From Eledone cirrhosa (taxonomy: Eukaryota): a stretch of 64,000 nucleotides of DNA. Position 1 is the stretch's first letter; each line of letters starts with the position of its first letter. The translations under genes were made by a program, and so were the position numbers. The stretch covers positions 115,258,001 to 115,322,000 of the forward strand of contig OZ024744.1 in the NCBI GenBank assembly GCA_964016885.1, given 5' to 3'. Below the pieces are notes generated by a model that saw only the letters and a program-made list of their open reading frames with translations, was not told where the DNA came from and ran no database searches. This document shows positions 14,101 to 29,100 of this stretch, piece by piece.

Positions 14101-17100
14101 TAAAGCAATGTACCCTTTCAAAAGTAGTTATGTTGTCCCTGGTCTACACCAACATTAAAACAATGAACCCTTTCAAAAGTAGTTATGTTGTCCCTGGTCT
14201 ACAGCAACATTAAAGCAATGAACCCTTTCAAAAGTAGTTATGTTGTCCCTAGTCTACAGCAACATTAAAGCAATGAACCCTTTCAAAAGTAGCTATGTTG
14301 TCCCTGGTCTACACCAACATTAAAGCAATGAACCCTTTCAAAAGTAGATATGTTGTCCCTGATCTATAGCAACATTAAAGCAATGAACCCTTTCAAAAGT
14401 AGCTATGTTGTCCCTGGTCTACAGCAAATATTAAAACAATGAACCCTTTCAAAAGTAGCTATGTTGTCCCTGGTCTACAGCAACATTAAAGCAATGAACC
14501 CTTTCAAAAGTAGTTATGTTGTCCCTGGTCTACACCAACATTAAAGCATTGGACCCTTTCAAAAGTAGTTATGTTGTCCCTTGTCTACACCAACATTAAA
14601 GCAATGAACCCTTTCAAAAGTAGCTATGTTGTCCCTAGTCTACACCAACATTAAAGCAATGAACCCTTTCAAAAGTAGCTATGTTGTCCCTGGTCTACAG
14701 CAACATTAAAGCAATGAACCCTTTCAAAAGTAGTTATGTTGTCCCTAGTCTACACCAACATTAAAGCAATGAACCCTTTCAAAAGTAGTTATGTTGTCCC
14801 TGATCTATAGCAACATTAAAGCAATGAACCCTTTCAAAAGTAGTTATGTTGTCCCTGGTTTACAGCAACATTAAAACAATGAACCCTTTCAAAAGTAGTT
14901 ATGTTGTCCCTGGTCTACAGCAACATTAAAGCAATGAACCCTTTCAAAAGTAGTTATGTTGTCCCTAGTCTACACCAACATTAAAGCAATGAACCCTTTC
15001 AAAAGTAGTTATGTTGTCCCTGGTCTACACCAACATTAAAGCAATGAACCCTTTCAAAAGTAGTTATGTTGTCCCTGGTCTACAGCAACATTAAAGCAAT
15101 GAACCCTTTCAAAAGTAGTTATGTTGTCCCTAGTCTACAGCAACATTAAAGCAATGAACCCTTTCAAAAGTAGTTATGTTGTCCCTGGTCTACAGCAACA
15201 TTAAAACAATGAACCCTTTCAAAAGTAGTTATGTTGTTCCTGGTCTACAGCAACATTAAAGCAATGAACCCTTTCAAAAGTAGTTATGTTGTCCCTGGTC
15301 TACACCAACATTAAAGCAATGAACCCTTTCAAAAGTAGCTATGTTGTCCCTGGTCTACAGCAACATTAAAACAATGAACCCTTTCAAAAGTAGCTATGTT
15401 GGCCCTGCTCTACACCAACATTAAAGCAATGTACCCTTTCAAAAGTAGTTATGTTGTCCCTGGTCTACACCAACATTAAAACAATGAACCCTTTCAAAAG
15501 TAGTTATGTTGTCCCTGGTCTACAGCAACATTAAAGCAAGGAACCCTTTCAAAAGTAGTTATGTTGTCCCTAGTCTACACCAACATTAAAGCAATGAACC
15601 CTTTCAAAAGTAGCTATGTTGTCCCTAGTCTACACCAACATTAAAGCAATGAACCCTTTCAAAAGTAGTTATGTTGTCCCTGGTCTACACCAACATTAAA
15701 GCAATGAACCCTTTCAAAAGTAGTTATGTTGTCCCTGGTCTACACCAACATTAAAGCAATGAACCCTTTCAAAAGTAGCTATGTTGTCCCTAGTCTACAC
15801 CAACATTAAAGCAATGAACCCTTTCAAAAGTAGTTATGTTGTCCCTAGTCTACACCAACATTAAAACAATGAACCCTTTCAAAAGTAGTTATGTTGTTCC
15901 TGGTCTACACCAACATTAAAGCAATGAACCCTTTCAAAAGTAGTTATGTTGTCCCTGGTCTACACCAACATTAAAGCAATGAACCCTTTCAAAAGTAGTT
16001 ATGTTGTCCCTGGTCTACAGCAACATTAAAGCAATGAACCCTTTCAAAAGTAGCTATGTTGTCCCTGGTCTACAGCAACATTAAAGCAATGAACCCTTTC
16101 AAAAGTAGTTATGTTGTCCCTGGTCTACAGCAACATTAAAGCAATGAACCCTTTCAAAAGTAGTTATGTTGTCCCTAGTCTACAGCAACATTAAAGCAAT
16201 GAACCCTTTCAAAAGTAGTTATGTTGTCCCTGGTCTACAGCAACATTAAAACAATGAACCCTTTCAAAAGTAGTTATGTTGTTCCTGGTCTACAGCAACA
16301 TTAAAGCAATGAACCCTTTCAAAAGTAGTTATGTTGTCCCTGGTCTACACCAACATTAAAGCAATGAACCCTTTCAAAAGTAGCTATGTTGTCCCTGGTC
16401 TACAGCAACATTAAAACAATGAACCCTTTCAAAAGTAGCTATGTTGTCCCTGGTCTACAGCAACATTAAAGCAATGAACCCTTTCAAAAGTAGCTATGTT
16501 GTCCCTGGTCTACACCAACATTAAAGCAATGAACCCTTTCAAAAGTAGCTATGTTGGCCCTGCTCTACACCAACATTAAAGCAATGTACCCTTTCAAAAG
16601 TAGTTATGTTGTCCCTGGTCTACACCAACATTAAAACAATGAACCCTTTCAAAAGTAGTTATGTTGTCCCTGGTCTACAGCAACATTAAAGCAATGAACC
16701 CTTTCAAAAGTAGTTATGTTGTCCCTAGTCTACAGCAACATTAAAGCAATGAACCCTTTCAAAAGTAGCTATGTTGTCCCTGGTCTACACCAACATTAAA
16801 GCAATGAACCCTTTCAAAAGTAGTTATGTTGTCCCTGATCTATAGCAACATTAAAGCAATGAACCCTTTCAAAAGTAGCTATGTTGTCCCTGGTCTACAG
16901 CAAATATTAAAACAATGAACCCTTTCAAAAGTAGCTATGTTGTCCCTGGTCTACAGCAACATTAAAGCAATGAACCCTTTCAAAAGTAGTTATGTTGTCC
17001 CTGGTCTACACCAACATTAAAGCATTGGACCTTTTCAAAAGTAGTTATGTTGTCCCTTGTCTACACCAACATTAAAGCAATGAACCCTTTCAAAAGTAGC

Positions 17101-20100
17101 TATGTTGTCCCTAGTCTACACCAACATTAAAGCAATGAACCCTTTCAAAAGTAGCTATGTTGTCCCTGGTCTACAGCAACATTAAAGCAATGAACCCTTT
17201 CAAAAGTAGTTATGTTGTCCCTAGTCTACACCAACATTAAAGCAATGAACCCTTTCAAAAGTAGTTATATTGTCCCTGATCTATAGCAACATTAAAGCAA
17301 TGAACCCTTTCAAAAGTAGTTATGTTGTCCCTGGTTTACAGCAACATTAAAACAATGAACCCTTTCAAAAGTAGTTATGTTGTCCCTGGTCTACAGCAAC
17401 ATTAAAGCAATGAACCCTTTCAAAAGTAGTTATGTTGTCCCTAGTCTACACCAACATTAAAGCAATGAACCCTTTCAAAAGTAGTTATGTTGTCCCTGGT
17501 CTACACCAACATTAAAGCAATGAACCCTTTCAAAAGTAGTTATGTTGTCCCTGGTCTACAGCAACATTAAAGCAATGAACCCTTTCAAAAGTAGTTATGT
17601 TGTCCCTAGTCTACAGCAACATTAAAGCAATGAACCCTTTCAAAAGTAGTTATGTTGTCCCTGGTCTACAGCAACATTAAAACAATGAACCCTTTCAAAA
17701 GTAGTTATGTTGTTCCTGGTCTACAGCAACATTAAAGCAATGAACCCTTTCAAAAGTAGTTATGTTGTCCCTGGTCTACACCAACATTAAAGCAATGAAC
17801 CCTTTCAAAAGTAGCTATGTTGTCCCTGGTCTACAGCAACATTAAAACAATGAACCCTTTCAAAAGTAGCTATGTTGGCCCTGCTCTACACCAACATTAA
17901 AGCAATGTACCCTTTCAAAAGTAGTTATGTTGTCCCTGGTCTACACCAACATTAAAACAATGAACCCTTTCAAAAGTAGTTATGTTGTCCCTGGTCTACA
18001 GCAACATTAAAGCAAGGAACCCTTTCAAAAGTAGTTATGTTGTCCCTAGTCTACAGCAACATTAAAGCAATGAACCCTTTCAAAAGTAGCTATGTTGTCC
18101 CTGGTCTACACCAACATTAAAGCAATGAACCCTTTCAAAAGTAGTTATGTTGTCCCTGATCTATAGCAACATTAAAGCAATGAACCCTTTCAAAAGTAGC
18201 TATGTTGTCCCTGGTCTACAGCAACATTAAAACAATGAACCCTTTCAAAAGTAGCTATGTTGTCCCTGGTCTACAGCAACATTAAAGCAATGAACCCTTT
18301 CAAAAGTAGTTATGTTGTCCCTGGTCTACACCAACATTAAAGCACTGAACCCTTTCAAAAGTAGTTATGTTGTCCCTGGTCTACACCAACATTAAAGCAA
18401 TGAACCCTTTCAAAAGTAGCTATGTTGTCCCTAGTCTACACCAACATTAAAGCAATGAACCCTTTCAAAAGTAGCTATGTTGTCCCTGGTCTACAGCAAC
18501 ATTAAAGCAATGAACCCTTTCAAAAGTAGTTATGTTGTCCCTAGTCTACACCAACATTAAAGCAATGAACCCTTTCAAAAGTAGTTATGTTGTCCCTGAT
18601 CTATAGCAACATTAAAGCAATGAACCCTTTCAAAAGTAGTTATGTTGTCCCTGGTTTACAGCAACATTAAAACAATGAACCCTTTCAAAAGTAGTTATGT
18701 TGTCCCTGGTCTACAGCAACATTAAAGCAATGAACCCTTTCAAAAGTAGTTATGTTGTCCCTAGTCTACACCAACATTAAAGCAATGAACCCTTTCAAAA
18801 GTAGTTATGTTGTCCCTGGTCTACACCAACATTAAAGCAATGAACCCTTTCAAAAGTAGTTATGTTGTCCCTGGTCTACACCAACATTAAAGCAATGAAC
18901 CTTTCAAAAGTAGTTATGTTGTCCCTGGTCTACACCAACATTAAAGCAATGAACCCTTTCAAAAGTAGTTATGTTGTCCCTAGTCTACACCAACATTAAA
19001 GCAATGAACCCTTTCAAAAGTAGTTATGTTGTCCCTGGTCGACAGCAACATTAAAGCAATGAACCCTTTCAAAAGTAGCTATGTTGTCCCTAGTCTACAC
19101 CAACATTAAAGCAATGAACCCTTTCAAAAGTAGTTATGTTGTCCCTGGTCTACACCAACATTAAAGCAATGAACCCTTTCAAAAGTAGTTATGTTGTCCC
19201 TGGTCTACACCAACATTAAAGCAATGAACCCTTTCAAAAGTAGTTATGTTGTCCCTGGTCTACAGCAACATTAAAGCAATGAACCCTTTCAAAAGTAGTT
19301 ATGTTGTCCCTGGTTTACAGCAACATTAAAGCAATGAACCCTTTCAAAAGTAGTTATGTTGTCCCTGGTCTACAGCAACATTAAAGCAATGAACCCTTTC
19401 AAAAGTAGTTATGTTGTCCCTGGTTTACAGCAACATTAAAGCAATGAACCCTTTCAAAAGTAGCTATGTTGTCCCTGGTCTACAGCAACATTAAAGCAAT
19501 GAACCCTTTCAAAAGTAGTTATGTTGTCCCTAGTCTACAGCAACATTAAAGAAATGAACCCTTTCAAAAGTAGTTATGTTGTCCCTGGTCTACAGCAACA
19601 TTAAAGCAATGAACCCTTTCAAAAGTAGTTATGTTGTCCCTGGTCTACAGCAACATTAAAGCAATGAACCCTTTCAAAAGTAGTTATGTTGTCCCTGGTC
19701 TACACCAACATTAAAGCAATGAACCCTTTCAAAAGTAGTTATGTTGTCCCTGGTTTACAGCAACATTAAAACAATGAACCCTTTCAAAAGTAGTTATGTT
19801 GTCCCTGGTCTACAGCAACATTAAAGCAATGAACCCTTTCAAAAGTAGTTATGTTGTCCCTAGTCTACACCAACATTAAAACAATGAACCCTTTCAAAAG
19901 TAGTTATGTTGTCCCTGGTCTACAGCAACATTAAAGCAATGAACCCTTTCAAAAGTAGTTATGTTGTCCCTGGTCTACACCAACATTAAAGCAATGAACC
20001 CTTTCAAAAGTAGTTATGTTGTCCCTAGTCTACACCAACATTAAAGCAATGAACCCTTTCAAAAGTAGTTATGTTGTCCCTGGTCTACAGCAACATTAAA

Positions 20101-23100
20101 GCAATGAACCCTTTCAAAAGTAGTTATGTTGTCCCTGGTCTACAGCAACATTAAAACAATGAACCCTTTCAAAAGTAGTTATGTTGTCCCTGGTCGACAG
20201 CAACATTAAAGCAATGAACCCTTTCAAAAGTAGCTATGTTGTCCCTGGTCTACAGCAACATTAAAGCAATGAACCCTTTCAAAAGTAGTTATGTTGTCCC
20301 TGGTCTACAGCAACATTAAAATAATGAACCCTTTCAAAAGTAGTTATGTTGTCCCTGGTCTACAGCAACATTAAAGCAATGAACCCTTTCAAAAGTAGTT
20401 ATGTTGTCCCTGGTCTACAGCAACATTAAAACAATGAACCCTTTCAAAAGTAGTTATGTTGTCCCTGGTCGACAGCAACATTAAAGCAATGAACCCTTTC
20501 AAAAGTAGCTATGTTGTCCCTGGTCTACAGCAACATTAAAGCAATGAACCCTTTCAAAAGTAGTTATGTTGTCCCTGGTCTACAGCAACATTAAAATAAT
20601 GAACCCTTTCAAAAGTAGTTATGTTGTCCCTGGTCTACAGCAACATTAAAGCAATGAACCCTTTCAAAAGTAGTTATGTTGTCCCTAGTCTACACCAACA
20701 TTAAAGCAATGAACCCTTTCAAAAGTAGTTATGTTGTCCCTGGTCTACACCAACATTAAAGCAATGAACCCTTTCAAAAGTAGTTATGTTGTCCCTAGTC
20801 TACACCAACATTAAAGCAATGAACCCTTTCAAAAGTAGTTATGTTGTCCCTGGTCTACACCAACATTAAAGCAATGAACCTTTCAAAAGTAGTTATGTTG
20901 TCCCTGGTCTACACCAACATTAAAGCAATGAACCCTTTCAAAAGTACTTATGTTGTCCCTAGTCTACACCAACATTAAAGCAATGAACCCTTTCAAAAGT
21001 AGTTATGTTGTCCCTGGTTTACAGCAACATTAAAGCAATGAACCCTTTCAAAAGTAGCTATGTTGTCCCTGGTCTACAGCAACATTAAAACAATGAACCC
21101 TTTCAAAAGTAGTTATGTTGTCCCTGGTCTACAGCAACATTAAAGCAATGAACCCTTTCAAAAGTAGCTATGTTGTCCCTGGTCTACAGCAACATTAAAA
21201 CAATGAACCCTTTCAAAAGTAGTTATGTTGTTCCTGGTCGACACCAACATTAAAGCAATGAACCCTTTCAAAAGTAGTTATGTTGTCCCTGGTCTACAGC
21301 AACATTAAAACAATGAACCCTTTCAAAAGTAGCTATGTTGTCCCTGGTCTAGAGCAACATTAAAGCAATGAACCCTTTCAAAAGTAGCTATGTTGTCCCT
21401 GCTCTACACCAACATTAAAGCAATGAACCCTTTCAAAAGTAGTTATGTTGTCCCTGGTCTACACCCACATTAAAACAATGAACCCTTTCAAAAGTAGTTA
21501 TGTTGTCCCTGGTCTACAGCAACATTAAAGCAATGAACCATTTCAAAAGTAGTTATGTTGTCCCTAGTCTACAGCAACATTAAAGCAATGAACCCTTTCA
21601 AAAGTAGCTATGTTGTCCCTGGTCTACACCAACATTAAAGCAATGAACCCTTTCAAAAGTAGCTATGTTGTCCCTGGTCTACAGCAACATTAAAGCAATG
21701 AACCCTTTCAAAAGTAGTTATGTTGTCCCTGGTCTACACCAACATTAAAGCACTGAACCCTTTCAAAAGTAGTTATGTTGTCCCTGGTCTACACCAACAT
21801 TAAAGCAATGAACCCTTTCAAAAGTAGCTATGTTGTCCCTAGTCTACACCAACATTAAAGCAATGAACCCTTTCAAAAGTAGTTATCTTGTCCCTAGTCT
21901 ACAGCAACATTAAAGCAATGAACCCTTTCAAAAGTAGTTATGTTGTCCCTGGTCTACAGCAACATTAAAGCAATGAACCCTTTCAAAAGTAGTTATGTTG
22001 TCCCTGGTCTACACCAACATTAAAGCAATGAACCCTTTCAAAAGTAGCTATGTTGTCCCTAGTCTACACCAACATTAAAACAATGAACCCTTTCAAAAGT
22101 AGTTATGTTGTTCCTGGTCTACACCAACATTAAAGCAATGAACCCTTTCAAAAGTAGTTATGTTGTCCCTGGTCTACACCAACATTAAAGCAATGAACCC
22201 TTTCAAAAGTAGTTATGTTGTCCCTGGTCTACAGCAACATTAAAGCAATGAACCCTTTCAAAAGTAGCTATGTTGTCCCTGGTCTACAGCAACATTAAAG
22301 CAATGAACCCTTTCAAAAGTAGTTATGTTGTCCCTGGTCTACAGCAACATTAAAGCAATGAACCCTTTCAAAAGTAGTTATGTTGTCCCTAGTCTACAGC
22401 AACATTAAAGCAATGAACCCTTTCAAAAGTAGCTATGTTGTCCCTAGTCTACACCAACATTAAAGCAATGAACCCTTTCAAAAGTAGTTATGTTGTCCCT
22501 GGTCTACACCAACATTAAAGCAATGAACCCTTTCAAAAGTAGTTATGTTGTCCCTGGTCTACACCAACATTAAAGCAATGAACCCTTTCAAAAGTAGTTA
22601 TGTTGTCCTTATTTACAGCAACATTAAAGCAATGAACCCTTTCAAAAGTAGTTATGTTGTCCCTGGTCTACAGCAACATTAAAGCAATGAACCCTTTCAA
22701 AAGTAGCTATGTTGTCCCTGGTCTACACCAACATTAAAGCAATGAACCCTTTCAAAAGTAGTTATGTTGTCCCTGGTCTACACCAACATTAAAGCAATGA
22801 ACCCTTTCAAAAGTAGTTATGTTGTCCCTGGTCTACAGCAACATTAAAGCAATGAACCCTTTCAAAATTAGTTATGTTGTCCCTAGTCTACACCAACATT
22901 AAAGCAATGAACCCTTTCAAAAGTAGCTATGTTGTCCCTGGTCTACAGCAACATTAAAGCAATGAACCCTTTCAAAAGTAGTTATGTTGTCCCTGGTCTA
23001 CAGCAACATTAAAACAATGAACCCTTTCAAAAGTAGTTATGTTGTCCCTGGTCTACAGCAACATTAAAACAATGAACCCTTTCAAAAGTAGTTATGTTGT

Positions 23101-26100
23101 CCCTGGTCTACAGCAACATTAAAGCAATGAACCCTTTCAAAAGTAGCTATGTTGTCCCTGGTCTACACCAACATTAAAGCAATGAACCTTTCAAAAGTAG
23201 TTATGTTGTCCCTGGTCTACACCAACATTAAAGCAATGAACCCTTTCAAAAGTAGTTATGTTGTCCCTAGTCTACACCAACATTAAAGCAATGAACCCTT
23301 TCAAAAGTAGTTATGTTGTCCCTAGTCTACACCAACATTAAAGCAATGAACCCTTTCAAAAGTAGTTATGTTGTCCCTAGTCTACACCAACATTAAAGCA
23401 ATGAACCCTTTCAAAAGTAGTTGTGTTGTCCCTAGTCTACACCAACATTAAAGCAATGAACCCTTCCAAAAGTAGCTATGTTGTCCCTGGTCTACACCAA
23501 CATTAAAGCAATGAACCTTTCAAAAGTAGTTATGTTGTCCCTGGTCTACACCAACATTAAAGCAATGAACCCTTTCAAAAGTAGTTATGTTGTCCCTAGT
23601 AAATACCAACATTAAAGCAATGAACCCTTTCAAAAGTAGTTATGTTGTCCCTAGTCTACACCAACATTAAAGCAATGAACCCTTTCAAAAGTAGCTATGT
23701 TGTCCCTGGTCTACAGCAACATTAAAACAATGAACCCTTTCAAAAGTAGTTATGTTGTCCCTGGTCTACAGCAACATTAAAGCAATGAACCCTTTCAAAA
23801 GTAGCTATGTTGTCCCTGGTCTACAGCAACATTAAAGCAATGAACCCTTTCAAAAGTAGTTATGTTGTCCCTGGTCTACAGCAACATTAAAACAATGAAC
23901 CCTTTCAAAAGTAGTTATGTTGTTCCTGGTCTACAGCAACATTAAAGCAATGATCCCTTTCAAAAGTAGTTATGTTGTCCCTGGTCTACACCAACATTAA
24001 AGCAATGAACCCTTTCAAAAGTAGCTATGTTGTCCCTGGTCTACAGCAACATTAAAACAATGAACCCTTTCAAAAGTAGCTATGTTGTCCCTGGTCTACA
24101 GCAACATTAAAGCAATGAACCCTTTCAAAAGTAGCTATGTTGTCCCTGGTCTACACCAACATTAAAGCAATGAACCCTTTCAAAAGTAGTTATGTTGTCC
24201 CTAGTCTACAGCAACATTAAAGCAATGAACCCTTTCAAAAGTAGCTATGTTGTCCCTGCTCTACACCAACATTAAAGCAATGAACCCTTTCAAAAGTAGT
24301 TATGTTGTCCCTGGTCTACACCAACATTAAAACAATGAACCCTTTCAAAAGTAGTTATGTTGTCCCTGGTCTACAGCAACATTAAAGCAATGAACCCTTT
24401 CAAAAGTAGTTATGTTGTCCCTAGTCTACAGCAACATTAAAGCAATGAACCCTTTCAAAAGTAGCTATGTTGTCCCTGGTCTACACCAACATTAAAGCAA
24501 TGAACCCTTTCAAAAGTAGTTATGTTGTCCCTGATCTATAGCAACATTAAAGCAATGAACCCTTTCAAAAGTAGCTATGTTGTCCCTGGTCTACAGCAAC
24601 ATTAAAACAATGAACCCTTTCAAAAGTAGCTATGTTGTCCCTGGTCTACAGCAACATTAAAGCAATGAACCCTTTCAAAAGTAGTTATATTGTCCCTGGT
24701 CTACACTAACATTAAAGCACTGAACCCTTTCAAAAGTAGTTATGTTGTCCCTGGTCTACACCAACATTAAAGCAATGAACCCTTTCAAAAGTAGCTATGT
24801 TGTCCCTAGTCTACAGCAACATTAAAGCAATGAACCCTTTCAAAAGTAGTTATGTTGTCCCTGGTCTACACCAACATTAAAGCAATGAACCCTTTCAAAA
24901 GTAGTTATGTTGTCCCTGGTCTACAGCAACATTAATGCAATGAACCCTTTCAAAGGTAGTTATGTTGTCCCTAGTCTACAGCAACATTAAAGCAATGAAC
25001 CCTTTCAAAAGTAGTTATGTTGTCCCTAGTCTACACCAACATTAAAGCAATGAACCCTTTCAAAGGTAGTTATGTTGTCCCTGGTCTACATCAACATTAA
25101 AGCAATGAACCCTTTCAAAAGTAGTTATGTTGTCCCTGGTCTACACCAACATTAAAGCAATGAACCCTTTCAAAAGTAGTTATGTTGTCCCTGGTCTACA
25201 CCAACATTAAAGCAATGAACCCTTTCAAAAGTAGTTATGTTGTCCCTGGTCTACAGCAACATTAAAGCAATGAACCCTTTCAAAAGTAGCTATGTTGTCC
25301 CTGGTCTACACCAACATTAAAGCAATGAACCCTTTCAAAAGTAGTTATGTTGTCCCTGGTCTACAGCAACATTAAAGCAATGAACCCTTTCAAAAGTAGT
25401 TATGTTGTCCCTGGTCTACAGCAACATTAAAGCAATGAACCCTTTCAAAAGTAGTTATGTTGTCCCTGGTCTACACCAACATTAAAGCAATGAACCCTTT
25501 CAAAAGTAGTTATGTTGTCCCTGGTCTACAGCAACATTAAAGCAATGATCCCTTTCAAAAGTAGCTATGTTGTCCCTGCTCTACACCAACATTAAAGCAA
25601 TGAACCCTTTCAAAAGTAGTTATGTTGTCCCTGGTCTACAGCAACATTAAAGCAATGAACCCTTTCAAAAGTAGCTATGTTGTCCCTGGTCTACACCAAC
25701 ATTAAAGCAATGAACCCTTTCAAAAGTAGTTATGTTGTCCCTAGTCTACACCAACATTAAAGCAATGAACCCTTTCAAAAGTAGTTATGTTGTCCCTAGT
25801 CTACACCAACATTAAAGCAATGAACCCTTTCAAAAGTAGTTATGTTGTCCCTAGTCTACACCAACATTAAAGCAATGAACCCTTTCAAAAGTAGTTGTGT
25901 TGTCCCTAGTCTACACCAACATTAAAGCAATGAACCCTTCCAAAAGTAGCTATGTTGTCCCTGGTCTACACCAACATTAAAGCAATGAACCTTTCAAAAG
26001 TAGTTATGTTGTCCCTGGTCTACACCAACATTAAAGCAATGAACCCTTTCAAAAGTAGTTATGTTGTCCCTAGTAAATACCAACATTAAAGCAATGAACC

Positions 26101-29100
26101 CTTTCAAAAGTAGTTATGTTGTCCCTAGTCTACACCAACATTAAAGCAATGAACCCTTTCAAAAGTAGCTATGTTGTCCCTGGTCTACAGCAACATTAAA
26201 ACAATGAACCCTTTCAAAAGTAGTTATGTTGTCCCTGGTCTACAGCAACATTAAAGCAATGAACCCTTTCAAAAGTAGCTATGTTGTCCCTGGTCTACAG
26301 CAACATTAAAGCAATGAACCCTTTCAAAAGTAGTTATGTTGTCCCTGGTCTACAGCAACATTAAAACAATGAACCCTTTCAAAAGTAGTTATGTTGTTCC
26401 TGGTCTACAGCAACATTAAAGCAATGATCCCTTTCAAAAGTAGTTATGTTGTCCCTGGTCTACACCAACATTAAAGCAATGAACCCTTTCAAAAGTAGCT
26501 ATGTTGTCCCTGGTCTACAGCAACATTAAAACAATGAACCCTTTCAAAAGTAGCTATGTTGTCCCTGGTCTACAGCAACATTAAAGCAATGAACCCTTTC
26601 AAAAGTAGCTATGTTGTCCCTGGTCTACACCAACATTAAAGCAATGAACCCTTTCAAAAGTAGTTATGTTGTCCCTAGTCTACAGCAACATTAAAGCAAT
26701 GAACCCTTTCAAAAGTAGCTATGTTGTCCCTGCTCTACACCAACATTAAAGCAATGAACCCTTTCAAAAGTAGTTATGTTGTCCCTGGTCTACACCAACA
26801 TTAAAACAATGAACCCTTTCAAAAGTAGTTATGTTGTCCCTGGTCTACAGCAACATTAAAGCAATGAACCCTTTCAAAAGTAGTTATGTTGTCCCTAGTC
26901 TACAGCAACATTAAAGCAATGAACCCTTTCAAAAGTAGCTATGTTGTCCCTGGTCTACACCAACATTAAAGCAATGAACCCTTTCAAAAGTAGTTATGTT
27001 GTCCCTGATCTATAGCAACATTAAAGCAATGAACCCTTTCAAAAGTAGCTATGTTGTCCCTGGTCTACAGCAACATTAAAACAATGAACCCTTTCAAAAG
27101 TAGCTATGTTGTCCCTGGTCTACAGCAACATTAAAGCAATGAACCCTTTCAAAAGTAGTTATATTGTCCCTGGTCTACACTAACATTAAAGCACTGAACC
27201 CTTTCAAAAGTAGTTATGTTGTCCCTGGTCTACACCAACATTAAAGCAATGAACCCTTTCAAAAGTAGCTATGTTGTCCCTAGTCTACAGCAACATTAAA
27301 GCAATGAACCCTTTCAAAAGTAGTTATGTTGTCCCTGGTCTACACCAACATTAAAGCAATGAACCCTTTCAAAAGTAGTTATGTTGTCCCTGGTCTACAG
27401 CAACATTAATGCAATGAACCCTTTCAAAGGTAGTTATGTTGTCCCTAGTCTACAGCAACATTAAAGCAATGAACCCTTTCAAAAGTAGTTATGTTGTCCC
27501 TAGTCTACACCAACATTAAAGCAATGAACCCTTTCAAAGGTAGTTATGTTGTCCCTGGTCTACATCAACATTAAAGCAATGAACCCTTTCAAAAGTAGTT
27601 ATGTTGTCCCTGGTCTACACCAACATTAAAGCAATGAACCCTTTCAAAAGTAGTTATGTTGTCCCTGGTCTACACCAACATTAAAGCAATGAACCCTTTC
27701 AAAAGTAGTTATGTTGTCCCTGGTCTACAGCAACATTAAAGCAATGAACCCTTTCAAAAGTAGCTATGTTGTCCCTGGTCTACACCAACATTAAAGCAAT
27801 GAACCCTTTCAAAAGTAGTTATGTTGTCCCTGGTCTACAGCAACATTAAAGCAATGAACCCTTTCAAAAGTAGTTATGTTGTCCCTGGTCTACAGCAACA
27901 TTAAAGCAATGAACCCTTTCAAAAGTAGTTATGTTGTCCCTGGTCTACACCAACATTAAAGCAATGAACCCTTTCAAAAGTAGTTATGTTGTCCCTGGTC
28001 TACAGCAACATTAAAGCAATGATCCCTTTCAAAAGTAGCTATGTTGTCCCTGCTCTACACCAACATTAAAGCAATGAACCCTTTCAAAAGTAGTTATGTT
28101 GTCCCTGGTCTACAGCAACATTAAAGCAATGACCCTTTCAAAAGTAGCTATGTTGTCCCTGGTCTACACCAACATTAAAGCAATGAACCCTTTCAAAAGT
28201 AGCTATGTTGTCCCTAGTCTACACCAACATTAAAACAATGAACCCTTTCAAAAGTAGCTATGTTGTCCCTAGTCTACACCAACATTAAAACAATGAACCC
28301 TTTCAAAAGTAGCTATGTTGTCCCTAGTCTACACCAACATTAAAGCAATGAACCCTTTCAAAAGTAGTTATGTTGTCCCTGGTTTACAGCAACATTAAAG
28401 CAATGAACCCTTTCAAAAGTAGTTATGTTGTCCCTGGTCTACAGCAACATTAAAGCAATGAACCCTTTCAAAAGTAGTTATGTTGTCCCTGGTTTACAGC
28501 AACATTAAAACAATGAACCCTTTCAAAAGTAGTTATGTTGTCCCTGGTCTACAGCAACATTAAAGCAATGAACCCTTTCAAAGGTAGTTATGTTGTCCCT
28601 GCTCTACAGCAACATTAAAGCAATGAACCCTTTCAAAAGTAGCTATGTTGTCCCTGGTCTACAGCAACATTAAAGCAATGAACCCTTTCAAAAGTAGTTA
28701 TGTTGTCCCTGGTCTACAGCAACATTAAAACAATGAACCCTTTCAAAAGTAGTTATGTTGTCCCTGGTCTACAGCAACATTAAAGCAATGAACCCTTTCA
28801 AAAGTAGCTATGTTGTCCCTGGTCTACACCAACATTAAAGCAATGAACCTTTCAAAAGTAGTTATGTTGTCCCTGGTCTACACCAACATTAAAGCAATGA
28901 ACCCTTTCAAAAGTAGTTATGTTGTCCCTAGTCTACACCAACATTAAAGCAATGAACCATTTCAAGAGTAGTTATGTTGTCCCTAGTCTACACCAACATT
29001 AAAGCAATGAACCCTTTCAAAAGTAGTTATGTTGTCCCTAGTCTACACCAACATTAAAGCAATGAACCCTTTCAAAAGTAGCTATCTTGTCCCTGGTCTA

